Below are positions 1-13,700 of a DNA stretch of 64,000 nucleotides, one piece after another. The notes under the pieces are model-generated. The model made no database searches. It was not told where the DNA came from and saw nothing but the letters and a program-made list of their open reading frames with translations. Made by a program: the position numbers and the translations under genes. This DNA is from Eledone cirrhosa (taxonomy: Eukaryota). The stretch covers positions 32,178,001 to 32,242,000 of the forward strand of contig OZ024755.1 in the NCBI GenBank assembly GCA_964016885.1, read 5' to 3'. Within the stretch, counting starts at the first letter, position 1; each line of letters starts with the position of its first letter.

Positions 1-3000
1 CAATCAAATGCACTCTCACTTCATCTTTATTGGCTGTTCTAGCGAGGTGTTTTCATTTTGTTACATGTATTCAATCAACTGCACTCTCACTTATTCAATC
101 AACTGCACTCTCACTTCATCTTTATTGGCTGTTCTAGCGTAGTATTTTCTTATTTTTATATGTATTCAATCACCTGCACTCTCACTTCATCTTTATTGGC
201 TGTTGTAGCGATAAACTTTCTTATTTTTATATGTAGTCAATCAACTGCACTCTCAGTTCATCTTTATTGGCTGTTCTAGCGAAGAGTTTTCTTATTTTTA
301 TATGTATTCAATCAACTGCACTCTCACTTCATCTTTATTGGCTGTTCTAGCGAGGTGTTTTCTTATTTTTATATGTATTCAATCAACTGCACTCTCACTT
401 CATCTTTATGGGCTGTTCTAGCAAGGAGTTTTCTTATTTTTAAATGTATTCTATCAACTGCACTCTTACTTCATCTTTATTGGATGTTCTAGCAAGGAGT
501 TTTCTTATTTTTATATGTAATCAATCAACTGCACTCTCACTTCATCTTTATTGGCTGTTCTAGCGATAAATTTTCTTATTTTTAAATGTATTCAATCAAC
601 TGCACTCTCCCTTCATCTTTATTGGCTGTTCTAGCGATAAATTTTCTTATTTTTATATGTATTCAATTAACTGCACTCTCACTTCATCTTTATTGGCTGT
701 TCTAGCGAGGTGTTTTCTTATTTTTATATGTATTCAATCAACTGCACTCACACTTCATCTTTATTGGCTGTTCTAGCGAGGAGTTTTCTTATTTTTATAT
801 CTATTCAATCAACTGCACTCTCACTTATTCAATCAAATGCACTCTCACCTCATCTTTATTGGCTGTTCTTGCGAGGAGTTTTCTTATTTTTATATGTATT
901 CAATCAACTGCACTCTCACTTCTTCTTTATTGGCTGTTCTAGCGAGGTGTTTTCTTATTTTTAAATGTATTCAATCAACTGCACTCTCACTTCATCTTTA
1001 TTGGCTGTCCTAGCGAGGAGTTTTCTTATTTTTATATGTATTCAATCAACTGCACTCTCACTTCATCTTTATTGGCTGTTCTAGCGGGGAGTTTTCTTAT
1101 TTTTACATGTATTCAATCAACCGCACTCTCACTTCATCTTTATTGGCTGTTCTAGCGAGGAGTTTTCTCATTTTTATATGTATTCAATCAACTGCACTCT
1201 CACTTCATCTTTATTGGCTGTTCTAGCGAGGAGTTTTCTTATTTTTATATGTATTCAATCAACCGCACTCTCACTTCATCTTTATTGGCTGTTCTAGGGA
1301 GGAGTTTTCTTATTTTTATATGTATTCAATCAACTGCACTCTCACTTCATCTTTATTGGCTGTTCTAGCGAGGAGTTTTCTTATTTTTATATGTATTCAA
1401 TCAACTGCACTCTCACTTCATCTTTATTGGCTGCTCTAGCGAGGAGTTTTCTTATTATTATATGTATTCAATCAACTGCACTCTCACTTCATCTTTATTG
1501 GCTGTTCTAGCGAGGTGTTTTCTTATTTTTATATGTATTCAATCAACTGCACTCTCACTTCATCTTTATTGGCTGTTCTAGCGAGGAGTTTTCTTATTTT
1601 TATATTTATTCTATCAACTGAACTCTCACTTCATCTTTATTGGCTGTTCTAGCAAGGCGTTTTCTTATGTTTATATGTATTCAATCAACTGCACTCTCAC
1701 TTTATCTTTATTGGCTGTTCTAGCGAGGACTTTTTGTATGTATTCAATCAACTGCACTCTCACTTCATCTTTATTGGCTGTTCTAGTGATGAATTTTCTC
1801 ATTTTTATATGTATTCAATCAACTGCACTCTCACTTCTTCTTTATTGGCTGTTCTAGCGAGGTCTTTTCTTATTTTTATATGTATTCAATCAACTGCACT
1901 CTCACTTCATCTTTATTGGCTGATCTAGCGAAGAGTTTTCTTATTTTTATATGTATTCAATCAACTGCACTCTCACTTCATCGTTATTGGCTGTTCTAGC
2001 GAGGAGTTTTCTTATTTTTATATGTATTCAATCAACCGCACTCTCACTTCATCTTTATTGACTGTTCTAGCGAGGAGTTTTCTTATTTTTATATGTATTC
2101 AATCAACTGCACTCTCACTTCATCTTTATTTGCTGTTCTAGCGAGGAGTTTTCTTATTTTTATATGTATTCAATAAACTGCACTCTCACTTCATCTTTAT
2201 TGGCTGCTCTAGCGAGGAGTTTTCTTATTTTTATATGTATTCAATCAACTGCACTCTCACTTAATCTTTATTGGCTGTCGTAGCGAGGAATTTTCTTATT
2301 TTTATATGTATTCAATCAACTGCACTCTCACTTCATCTTTATTGGCTGCTCTAGCGAGGAGTTTTCTTATTTTTATATGTATTCAATCAACTGCACTCTC
2401 ACTTCATCTTTATTGGCTGTCGTAGCGAGGAATTTTCTTATTTTTATATGTATTCAATCAACTGCACTCTCACTTCATCTTTATTGGCTGTTCTAGCGAG
2501 GTGTTTTCTTATTTTTATATGTATTCAATCAACTGCACTCTCACTTCATCTTTATTGGCTGTTCTAGCGAGGAGTTTTCTTATTTTTATATCTATTCAAT
2601 CAACTGCACTCTCACTTATTCAATCAAATGCACTCTCACCTCATCTTTATTGGCTGTTCTTGCGAGGAGTTTTCTTATTTTTATATGTATTCAATCAACC
2701 GCACTCTCACTTCATCTTTATTGACTGTTCTAGCGAGGAGTTTTCTTATTTTTATATGTATTCAATCAACTGCACTCTCACTTCATCTTTATTTGCTGTT
2801 CTAGCGAGGAGTTTTCTTATTTTTATATGTATTCAATAAACTGCACTCTCACTTCATCTTTATTGGCTGCTCTAGCGAGGAGTTTTCTTATTTTTATATG
2901 TATTCAATCAACTGCACTCTCACTTCATCTTTATTGGCTGTCGTAGCGAGGAATTTTCTTATTTTTATATGTATTCAATCAACTGCACTCTCACTTCATC

Positions 3001-6000
3001 TTTATTGGCTGTTCTAGCGAGGTGTTTTCTTATTTTTATATGTATTCAATCAACTGCACTCTCACTTCATCTTTATTGGCTGTTCTAGCGAGGAGTTTTC
3101 TTATTTTTATATCTATTCAATCAACTGCACTCTCACTTATTCAATCAAATGCACTCTCACCTCATCTTTATTGGCTGTTCTTGCGAGGAGTTTTCTTATT
3201 TTTATATGTATTCAATCAACTGCACTCTCACTTCATCTTTATTGGCTGTTCTAGGGAGGAGTTTTCTTATTTTTATATGTATTCAATCAACTGCACTCTC
3301 ACTTCTTCTTTATTGGCTGTTCTAGCGAGGTGTTTTCTTATTTTTAAATGTATTCAATCAACTGCACTCTCACTTCATCTTTATTGGCTGTTCTAGCGAG
3401 GAGTTTTCTTATTTTTATATGTATTCAATCAACTGCACTCTCACTTCATCTTTATTAGCTGTCCTAGCGAGGAGTTTTCTTATTTTTATATGTATTCAAT
3501 CAACTGCACTCTCACTTCATCTTTATTTGCTGTTCTAGCGAGGAGTTTTCTTATTTTTATATGTATTCAATAAACTGCACTCTCACTTCATCTTTATTGG
3601 CTGCTCTAGCGAGGAGTTTTCTTATTTTTATATGTATTCAATCAACTGCACTCTCACTTCATCTTTATTGGCTGTCGTAGCGAGGAATTTTCTTATTTTT
3701 ATATGTATTCAATCAACTACACTCTCACTTCATCTTTATTGGCTGTTCTAGCGAGCAGTTTTCTTATTTTTATATGTATTCAATCAACTGCACTCTCACT
3801 TCATCTTTATTGGCTGTTCTAGCAAGGAGTTTTCTTATTTTTAAATGTATTCTATCAACTGCACTCTTACTTCATCTTTATTGGCTGTTCTAGCAAGGAG
3901 TTTTCTTATTTTTATATGTAATCAATCAACTGCACTCTCACTTCATCTTTATTGGCTGTTCTAGCGATAAATTTTCTTATTTTTAAATGTATTCAATCAA
4001 CTGCACTCTCCCTTCATCTTTATTGGCTGTTCTAGCGATAAATTTTCTTATTTTTATATGTATTCAATTAACTGCACTCTCACTTCATCTTTATTGGCTG
4101 TTCTAGCGAGGTGTTTTCTTATTTTTATATGTATTCAATCAACTGCACTCACACTTCATCTTTATTGGCTGTTCTAGCGAGGAGTTTTCTTATTTTTATA
4201 TCTATTCAATCAACTGCACTCTCACTTATTCAATCAAATGCACTCTCACCTCATCTTTATTGGCTGTTCTTGCGAGGAGTTTTCTTATTTTTATGTTTAT
4301 TCAATCAACTGCACTCTCACTTATTGAATCGAATGCACTCTCACCTCATCTTTATTGGCTGTTCTTGCGAGGAGTTTTCTTATTTTTATATGTATTCAAT
4401 CAACTGCACTCTCACTTCTTCTTTATTGGCTGTTCTAGCGAGGTGTTTTCTTATTTTTAAATGTATTCAATCAACTGCACTCTCACTTCATCTTTATTGG
4501 CTGTCCTAGCGAGGAGTTTTCTTATTTTTATATGTATTCAATCAACTGCACTCTCACTTCATCTTTATTGGCTGTTCTAGCGAGGAGTTTTCTTATTTTT
4601 ACATGTATTCAATCAACCGCACTCTCACTTCATCTTTATTGGCTGTTCTAGCGAGGAGTTTTCTTATTTTTATATGTATTCAATCAACTGCACTCTCACT
4701 TCATCTTTATTGGCTGTTCTAGCGAGGAGTTTTCTTATTTTTATATGTATTCAATCAACCGCACTCTCACTTCATCTTTATTGGCTGTTCTAGGGAGGAG
4801 TTTTCTTATTTTTATATGTATTCAATCAACTGCACTCTCACTTCGTCTCTATTGGCTGTTCTAGCGAGGAGTTTTCTTATTTTTATATGTATTCAATCAA
4901 CTGCACTCTCACTTCATCTTTATTGGCTGCTCTAGCGAGGAGTTTTCTTATTATTATATGTATTCAATCAACTGCACTCTCACTTCATCTTTATTGGCTG
5001 TTCTAGCGAGGTGTTTTCTTATTTTTATATGTATTCAATCAACTGCACTCTCACTTCATCTTTATTGGCTGTTCTAGCGAGGAGTTTTCTTATTTTTATA
5101 TTTATTCTATCAACTGAACTCTCACTTCATCTTTATTGGCTGTTCTAGCGAGGAGTTTTCTTATGTTTATATGTATTCAATCAACTGCACTCTCACTTTA
5201 TCTTTATTGGCTGTTCTAGCGAGGACTTTTTGTATGTATTCAATCAACTGCACTCTCACTTCATCTTTATTGGCTGTTCTAGTGATGAATTTTCTCATTT
5301 TTATATGTATTCAATCAACTGCATTCTCACTTCTTCTTTATTGGCTGTTCTAGCGAGGTGTTTTCTTATTTTTATATGTATTCAATCAACTGCACTCTCA
5401 CTTCATCTTTATTGGCTGATCTAGCGAAGAGTTTTCTTATTTTTATATGTATTCAATCAACTGCACTCTCACTTCATCGTTATTGGCTGTTCTAGCGAGG
5501 AGTTTTCTTATTTTTATATGTATTCAATCAACCGCACTCTCACTTCATCTTTATTGACTGTTCTAGCGAGGAGTTTTCTTATTTTTATATGTATTCAATC
5601 AGCTGCACTCTCACTTCATCTTTATTTGCTGTTCTAGCGAGGAGTTTTCTTATTTTTATATGTATTCAATAAACTGCACTCTCACTTCATCTTTATTGGC
5701 TGCTCTAGCGAGGAGTTTTCTTATTTTTATATGTATTCAATCAACTGCACTCTCACTTAATCTTTATTGGCTGTCGTAGCGAGGAATTTTCTTATTTTTA
5801 TATGTATTCAATCAACTGCACTCTCACTTCATCTTTATTGGCTGCTCTAGCGAGGAGTTTTCTTATTTTTATATGTATTCAATCAACTGCACTCTCACTT
5901 CATCTTTATTGGCTGTCGTAGCGAGGAATTTTCTTATTTTTATATGTATTCAATCAACTGCACTCTCACTTCATCTTTATTGGCTGTTCTAGCAAGGTGT

Positions 6001-7980
6001 TTTCTTATTTTTATATGTATTCAATCAACTGCACTCTCACTTCATCTTTATTGGCTGTTCTAGCGAGGAGTTTTCTTATTTTTATATCTATTCAATCAAC
6101 TGCACTCTCACTTATTCAATCAAATGCACTCTCACCTCATCTTTATTGGCTGTTCTTGCGAGGAGTTTTCTTATTTTTATATGTATTCAATCAACTGCAC
6201 TCTCACTTCATCTTTATTGGCTGTTCTAGGGAGGAGTTTTCTTATTTTTATATGTATTCAATCAACTGCACTCTCACTTCTTCTTTATTGGCTGTTCTAG
6301 CGAGGTGTTTTCTTATTTTTAAATGTATTCAATCAACTGCACTCTCACTTCATCTTTATTGGCTGTTCTAGCGAGGAGTTTTCTTATTTTTATATGTATT
6401 CAATCAACCGCACTCTCACTTCATCTTTATTGGCTGTTCTAGCGAGGAGTTTTCTTATTTTTATATGTATTCAATCAACTGCACTCTCACTTCATCTTTA
6501 TTAGCTGTCCTAGCGAGGAGTTTTCTTATTTTTATATGTATTCAATCAACTGCACTCTCACTTCATCTTTATTTGCTGTTCTAGCGAGGAGTTTTCTTAT
6601 TTTTATATGTATTCAATAAACTGCACTCTCACTTCATCTTTATTGGCTGCTCTAGCGAGGAGTTTTCTTATTTTTATATGTATTCAATCAACTGCACTCT
6701 CACTTCATCTTTATTGGCTGTCGTAGCGAGGAATTTTCTTATTTTTATATGTATTCAATCAACTGCACTCTCACTTCATCTTTATTGGCTGTTCTAGCGA
6801 GGAGTTTTCTTATTTTTATATGTATTCAATCAACTGCACTCTCACTTCATCTTTATTAGCTGTTCTAGCGAAGAGTTTTCTTATTTTTATATTTATTCTA
6901 TCAACTGAACTCTCACTTCATCTTTATTGGCTGTCCTAGCGAGGAGTTTTCTTATGTTTATATGTATTCAATCAACTGCACTCTCACTTTATCTTTATTG
7001 GCTGTTCTAGCGAGGACTTTTCTTATTTTTATATGTATTCAATCAACTGCACTCTCACTTCATCTTTATTGGCTGTTCTAGTGATGAATTTTCTCATTTT
7101 TATATGTATTCAATCAACTGCACTCTCACTTCATCTTTATTGGCTGTTCTAGGGAGGAGTTTTCTTATTTTTATATGTATTCAATCAACTGCACTCTCAC
7201 TTCTTCTTTATTGGCTGTTCTAGCGAGGTGTTTTCTTATTTTTATATGTATTCAATCAACTGCACTCTCACTTCATCTTTATTGGCTGTCCTAGCGAGGA
7301 GTTTTCTTATTTTTATATGTATTCAATCAACTGCACTCTCACTTCATCTTTATTGGCTGTTCTAGCAAGGTATTTTCTTATTTTTATATGTATTCAATCA
7401 ACTGCACTCTCACTTCATCTTTATTGGCTGTTCTAGCAAGGTATTTTCTTATTTTTATATGTATTCGATCAACTGCACTCTCACTTCATCTTAATTGGCT
7501 GTTCTAGCAAGGTATTTTCTTATTTTTATATGTATTCAATCAACTGCACTCTCACTTCATCTTAATTGGCTGTCCTAGCAAGGTATTTTCTTATTTTTAT
7601 ATGTATTCAATCAACTGAACTCTCACTTCATCTTTATTGGCTACTCTAGAGAGGTGTTTTCTTATTTTTATATGTATTTAATCAACTGCACTCTCCCTTC
7701 ATCTTTATTGGCTGTTCTAGTGATGAATTTTCTTATTTTTATATGTATTCAATCAACTGCACTCGCACTTCATCTTTATTGGCTGTTCTAGCGATGAGTT
7801 TTCTTATTTTTATATGTATTCAAACAATTGCACTCTCACTTCATCTTTATTGACTGTTCTAGCGATGAGTTTTCTTATTTTTATATGTATTCAATCAACT
7901 GCACTCTCACTTTATCTTTATTGGCTGTTCTAGCGATGTATTTTCTTATTTTTATATGTATTCAATCAACTGCTCTCTCA
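1..7980 (+). repeat. Satellite block A (+ orientation)
   Basis: T-rich strand on +. Contains 95-bp monomers (24-bp internal duplication) and 60-bp monomers (GAGGACTTTTTGTATG near 1730 and 5225). Confidence 0.97.
380..6830 (+). repeat. ~3.4-kb higher-order tandem duplication with nested changes
   Basis: Diagnostic variants recur at offset 3401 (421/3822, 710/4111), then 3496 after an extra 95-bp monomer, then 2975 because a 521-bp (6x71+95) duplication is present only in copy 1. Boundaries approximate. Confidence 0.85.
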
Positions 7981-7986
7981 TAAGAT

Positions 7987-8608
7987 GCACTTGATTGAAT
8001 ACATATAAAAATAAGAAAACTCCTTGCTAGAACAGCCAAGAAAGATGAAGTGAGACTGCAGTTGATTGAATACATATAAAAATAAGAAAACTCCTCGCTA
8101 GAACAGCCAATAAAGATGAAGTGAGAGTGCAGTTGATTGAATACATAGAAAAATAAGAAAACTCCTCGCTAGAACAGCCAATAAAAATGAAGTGAGAGCG
8201 CAGTTGATTGAATACATATAAAAATAAGAAATTTAATTGCTAGAACAGCCAGTAAAGATGAAGTGAGAGTGCAGTTGATTGAATACATATAAAAATAAAA
8301 AAATTCATTGCTAGAAGAGCCGTTAAAAATGAAGTGAGAGTGCAGTTGATTGAATACATATAAAAATAAGAAAATTCATTGCTAGAACAGCCAATAAAGA
8401 TGAAGTGAGAGTGCAGTTCATTGAATACATATAAAGATGAGAAACTCCTCGCTAGAACAGCCAATAAAGATGAAGTGAGAGTGCAGTTGATAGAATACAT
8501 ATAAAAATAAGAAAACTCCTCGCTAGAACAGCCAATAAAGATGAAGTGAGAGTGCAGTTGATTGAATACATATAATAATCAGAAAACACCTCGCTATAAC
8601 AGCCAATA
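7987..8608 (-). repeat. Satellite block B (inverted, ~9 monomers)
   Basis: Reverse-complement monomers (GTTGATTGAATACATATAAAAATAAG) between the junctions at ~7980 and ~8607. Confidence 0.96.
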
Positions 8609-10168
8609 TTCAATCAACTGCACTCTCACTTATTCAATCAAATGCACTCTCACTTCATCTTTATTGGCTGTTCTAGCGAGGTGTTTTCATTTTGTTATAT
8701 GTATTCAATCAACTGCACTCTCACTTATTCAATCAACTGCACTCTCACTTATTCAATCAACTGCACTCTCACTTCATCTTTATTGGCTGTTCTAGCGTAG
8801 TATTTTCTTATTTTTATATGTATTCAATCACCTGCACTTTCACTTCATCTTTATTGGCTGTTGTAGCGATAAACTTTCTTATTTTTATATGTAGTCAATC
8901 AACTGCACTCTCAGTTAATCTTTATTGGCTGTTCTAGCGAAGAGTTTTCTTATTTTTATATGTATTCAATCAACTGCACTCTCACTTCATCTTTATTGGC
9001 TGTTCTAGCGAGGTGTTTTCTTATTTTTATATGTATTCTATCAACTGCACTCTCACTTCATCTTTATTGGCTGTTCTAGCAAGGAGTTTTCTTATTTTTA
9101 TATGTAATCAATCAACTGCACTCTCACTTCATCTTTATTGGCTGTTCTAGCGATAAATTTTCTTATTTTTAAATGTATTCAATCAACTGCACTCTCCCTT
9201 CATCTTTATTGGCTGTTCTAGCGATAAATTTTCTTATTTTTATATGTATTCAATTAACCGCATTCTCACTTCATCTTTATTGGCTGTTCTAGCGAGGTGT
9301 TTTCTTATTTTTATATGTATTCAATCAACTGCACTCACACTTCATCTTTATTGGCTGTTCTAGCGAGGAGTTTTCTTATTTTTATATCTATTCAATCAAC
9401 TGCACTCTCACTTATTCAATCAAATGCACTCTCACCTCATCTTTATTGGCTGTTCTTGCGAGGAGTTTTCTTATTTTTATATCTATTCAATCAACTGCAC
9501 TCTCACTTATTCAATCAACTGCTCTCTCACTTCTTCTTTATTGGCTGTTCTAGCGAGGTGTTTTCTTATTTTTAAATGTATTCAATCAACTGCACTCTCA
9601 CTTCATCTTTATTGGCTGTCCTAGCGAGGAGTTTTCTTATTTTTATATGTATTCAATCAACTGCACTCTCACTTCATCTTTATTGGCTGTTCTAGCGAGG
9701 AGTTTTCTTATTTTTATATGTATTCAATCAACCGCACTCTCACTTCATCTTTATTGGCTGTTCTAGCGAGGAGTTTTCTTATTTTTATATGTATTCAATC
9801 AACAGCACTCTCACTTCATCTTTATTGGCTGTTCTAGCGAGGAGTTTTCTCATTTTTATATGTATTCAATCAACCGCACTCTCACTTCATCTTTATTGGC
9901 TGTTCTAGGGAGGAGTTTTCTTATTTTTATATGTATTCAATCAACTGCACTCTCACTTCATCTTTATTGGCTGTTCTAGCGAGGAGTTTTCTTATTTTTA
10001 TATGTATTCAATCAACTGCACTCTCACTTCATCTTTATTGGCTGCTCTAGCGAGGAGTTTTCTTATTTTTATATGTATTCAATCAACTGCACTCTCACTT
10101 TATCTTTATTGGCTGTTCTAGCGATGTATTTTCTTATTTTTATATGTATTCAATCAACTGCTCTCTCA
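8607..10168 (+). repeat. Satellite block C (+ orientation)
   Basis: + monomers whose variant order matches the start of block A. Confidence 0.96.
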
Positions 10169-10174
10169 TAAGAT

Positions 10175-10796
10175 GCACTTGATTGAATACATATAAAAAT
10201 AAGAAAACTCCTTGCTAGAACAGCCAAGAAAGATGAAGTGAGACTGCAGTTGATTGAATACATATAAAAATAAGAAAACTCCTCGCTAGAACAGCCAATA
10301 AAGATGAAGTGAGAGTGCAGTTGATTGAATACATAGAAAAATAAGAAAACTCCTCGCTAGAACAGCCAATAAAAATGAAGTGAGAGCGCAGTTGATTGAA
10401 TACATATAAAAATAAGAAATTTAATTGCTAGAACAGCCAGTAAAGATGAAGTGAGAGTGCAGTTGATTGAATACATATAAAAATAAAAAAATTCATTGCT
10501 AGAAGAGCCGTTAAAAATGAAGTGAGAGTGCAGTTGATTGAATACATATAAAAATAAGAAAATTCATTGCTAGAACAGCCAATAAAGATGAAGTGAGAGT
10601 GCAGTTCATTGAATACATATAAAGATGAGAAACTCCTCGCTAGAACAGCCAATAAAGATGAAGTGAGAGTGCAGTTGATAGAATACATATAAAAATAAGA
10701 AAACTCCTCGCTAGAACAGCCAATAAAGATGAAGTGAGAGTGCAGTTGATTGAATACATATAATAATCAGAAAACACCTCGCTATAACAGCCAATA
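10175..10796 (-). repeat. Satellite block D (inverted copy of block B, offset 2188)
   Basis: Same variants as block B. Identical ORF-track translations at 8240 and 10428. Confidence 0.96.
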
Positions 10797-13700
10797 TTCA
10801 ATCAACTGCACTCTCACTTATTCAATCAAATGCACTCTCACTTCATCTTTATTGGCTGTTCTAGCGAGGTGTTTTCATTTTGTTATATGTATTCAATCAA
10901 CTGCACTCTCACTTATTCAATCAACTGCACTCTCACTTATTCAATCAACTGCACTCTCACTTCATCTTTATTGGCTGTTCTAGCGTAGTATTTTCTTATT
11001 TTTATATGTATTCAATCACCTGCACTTTCACTTCATCTTTATTGGCTGTTGTAGCGATAAACTTTCTTATTTTTATATGTAGTCAATCAACTGCACTCTC
11101 AGTTAATCTTTATTGGCTGTTCTAGCGAAGAGTTTTCTTATTTTTATATGTATTCAATCAACTGCACTCTCACTTCATCTTTATTGGCTGTTCTAGCGAG
11201 GTGTTTTCTTATTTTTATATGTATTCTATCAACTGCACTCTCACTTCATCTTTATTGGCTGTTCTAGCAAGGAGTTTTCTTATTTTTATATGTAATCAAT
11301 CAACTGCACTCTCACTTCATCTTTATTGGCTGTTCTAGCGATAAATTTTCTTATTTTTAAATGTATTCAATCAACTGCACTCTCCCTTCATCTTTATTGG
11401 CTGTTCTAGCGATAAATTTTCTTATTTTTATATGTATTCAATTAACCGCATTCTCACTTCATCTTTATTGGCTGTTCTAGCGAGGTGTTTTCTTATTTTT
11501 ATATGTATTCAATCAACTGCACTCACACTTCATCTTTATTGGCTGTTCTAGCGAGGAGTTTTCTTATTTTTATATCTATTCAATCAACTGCACTCTCACT
11601 TATTCAATCAAATGCACTCTCACCTCATCTTTATTGGCTGTTCTTGCGAGGAGTTTTCTTATTTTTATATCTATTCAATCAACTGCACTCTCACTTATTC
11701 AATCAACTGCTCTCTCACTTCTTCTTTATTGGCTGTTCTAGCGAGGTGTTTTCTTATTTTTAAATGTATTCAATCAACTGCACTCTCACTTCATCTTTAT
11801 TGGCTGTCCTAGCGAGGAGTTTTCTTATTTTTATATGTATTCAATCAACTGCACTCTCACTTCATCTTTATTGGCTGTTCTAGCGAGGAGTTTTCTTATT
11901 TTTATATGTATTCAATCAACCGCACTCTCACTTCATCTTTATTGGCTGTTCTAGCGAGGAGTTTTCTTATTTTTATATGTATTCAATCAACAGCACTCTC
12001 ACTTCATCTTTATTGGCTGTTCTAGCGAGGAGTTTTCTCATTTTTATATGTATTCAATCAACCGCACTCTCACTTCATCTTTATTGGCTGTTCTAGGGAG
12101 GAGTTTTCTTATTTTTATATGTATTCAATCAACTGCACTCTCACTTCATCTTTATTGGCTGTTCTAGCGAGGAGTTTTCTTATTTTTATATGTATTCAAT
12201 CAACTGCACTCTCACTTCATCTTTATTGGCTGCTCTAGCGAGGAGTTTTCTTATTTTTATATGTATTCAATCAACTGCACTCTCACTTCATCTTTATTGG
12301 CTGTTCTAGCGAGGTGTTTTCTTATTTTTATATGTATTACATCAACTGCACTCTCACTTCATCTTTATTGGCTGTTCTAGCGAGGAGTTTTCTTATTTTT
12401 ATATTTATTCTATCAACTGAACTCTCACTTCATCTTTATTGGCTGTTCTAGCGAGGAGTTTTCTTATGTTTATATGTATTCAATCAACTGCACTCTCACT
12501 TTATGTTTATTGGCTGTTCTAGCGAGGACTTTTCTTATTTTTGTATGTATTCAATCAACTGCACTCTCACTTCATCTTTATTGGCTGTACTAGTGATGAA
12601 TTTTCTCATTTTTATATGTATTCAATCAACTGCACTCTCACTTCTTCTTTATTGGCTGTTCTAGCGAGGTGTTTTCTTATTTTTATATGTATTCAATCAA
12701 CTGCACTCTCACTTCATCTTTATTGGCTGTCCTAGCGAAGAGTTTTCTTATTTTTATATGTATTCAATCAACTGCACTCTCACTTCATCTTTATTGGCTG
12801 TTCTAGCGAGGAGTTTTCTTATTTTTATATGTATTCAATCAACCGCACTCTCACTTCATCTTTATTGACTGTTCTAGCGAGGAGTTTTCTTATTTTTATA
12901 TGTATTTAATCAACTGCACTCTCACTTCATCTTTATTTGTTGTTCTAGCGAGGAGTTTTCTTATTTTTATATGTATTCAATAAACTGCACTCTCACTTCA
13001 TCTTTATTGGCTGCTCTAGCGAGGAGTTTTCTTATTTTTATATGTATTCAATCAACTGCACTCTCACTTAATCTTTATTGGCTGTCGTAGCGAGGAATTT
13101 TCTTATTTTTATATGTATTCAATCAACTGCACTCTCACTTCATCTTTATTGGCTGCTCTAGCGAGGAGTTTTCTTATTTTTATATGTATTCAATCAACTG
13201 TACTCTCACTTCATCTTTATTGGCTGTTCTAGGGAGGAGATTTCTTATTTGTATATGTATTCAATCAATTGCACTCTCACTTCTTCTTTATTGGCTGTTC
13301 TAGCGAGGTGTTTTCTTATTTTTAAATGTATTCAATCAACTGCACTCTCACTTCATCTTTATTGGCTGTTCTAGCGAGGAGTTTTCTTATTTTTATATGT
13401 ATTCAATCAACCGCACTCTCACTTCATGTTTATTGGCTGTTCTAGCGAGGAGTTTTCTTATTTTTATATGTATTCAATCAACTGCACTCTCACTTCATCT
13501 TTATTAGCTGTCCTAGCGAGGAGTTTTCTTATTTTTATATGTATTCAATCAACTGCACTCTCACTTCATCTTTATTTGCTGTTCTAGCGAGGAGTTTTCT
13601 CATTTTTATATGTATTCAATAAACTGCACTCTCACTTCATCTTTATTGGCTGCTCTAGCGAGGAGTTTTCTTATTTTTATATGTATTCAATCAACTGCAC

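Larger units (their letters stand above)
7867..12288. repeat. 2188-bp tandem duplication spanning two inversion junctions
   Basis: Junctions at 7980/10168 and 8607/10795 and five ORF-track pairs are all offset by 2188. Confidence 0.93.
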
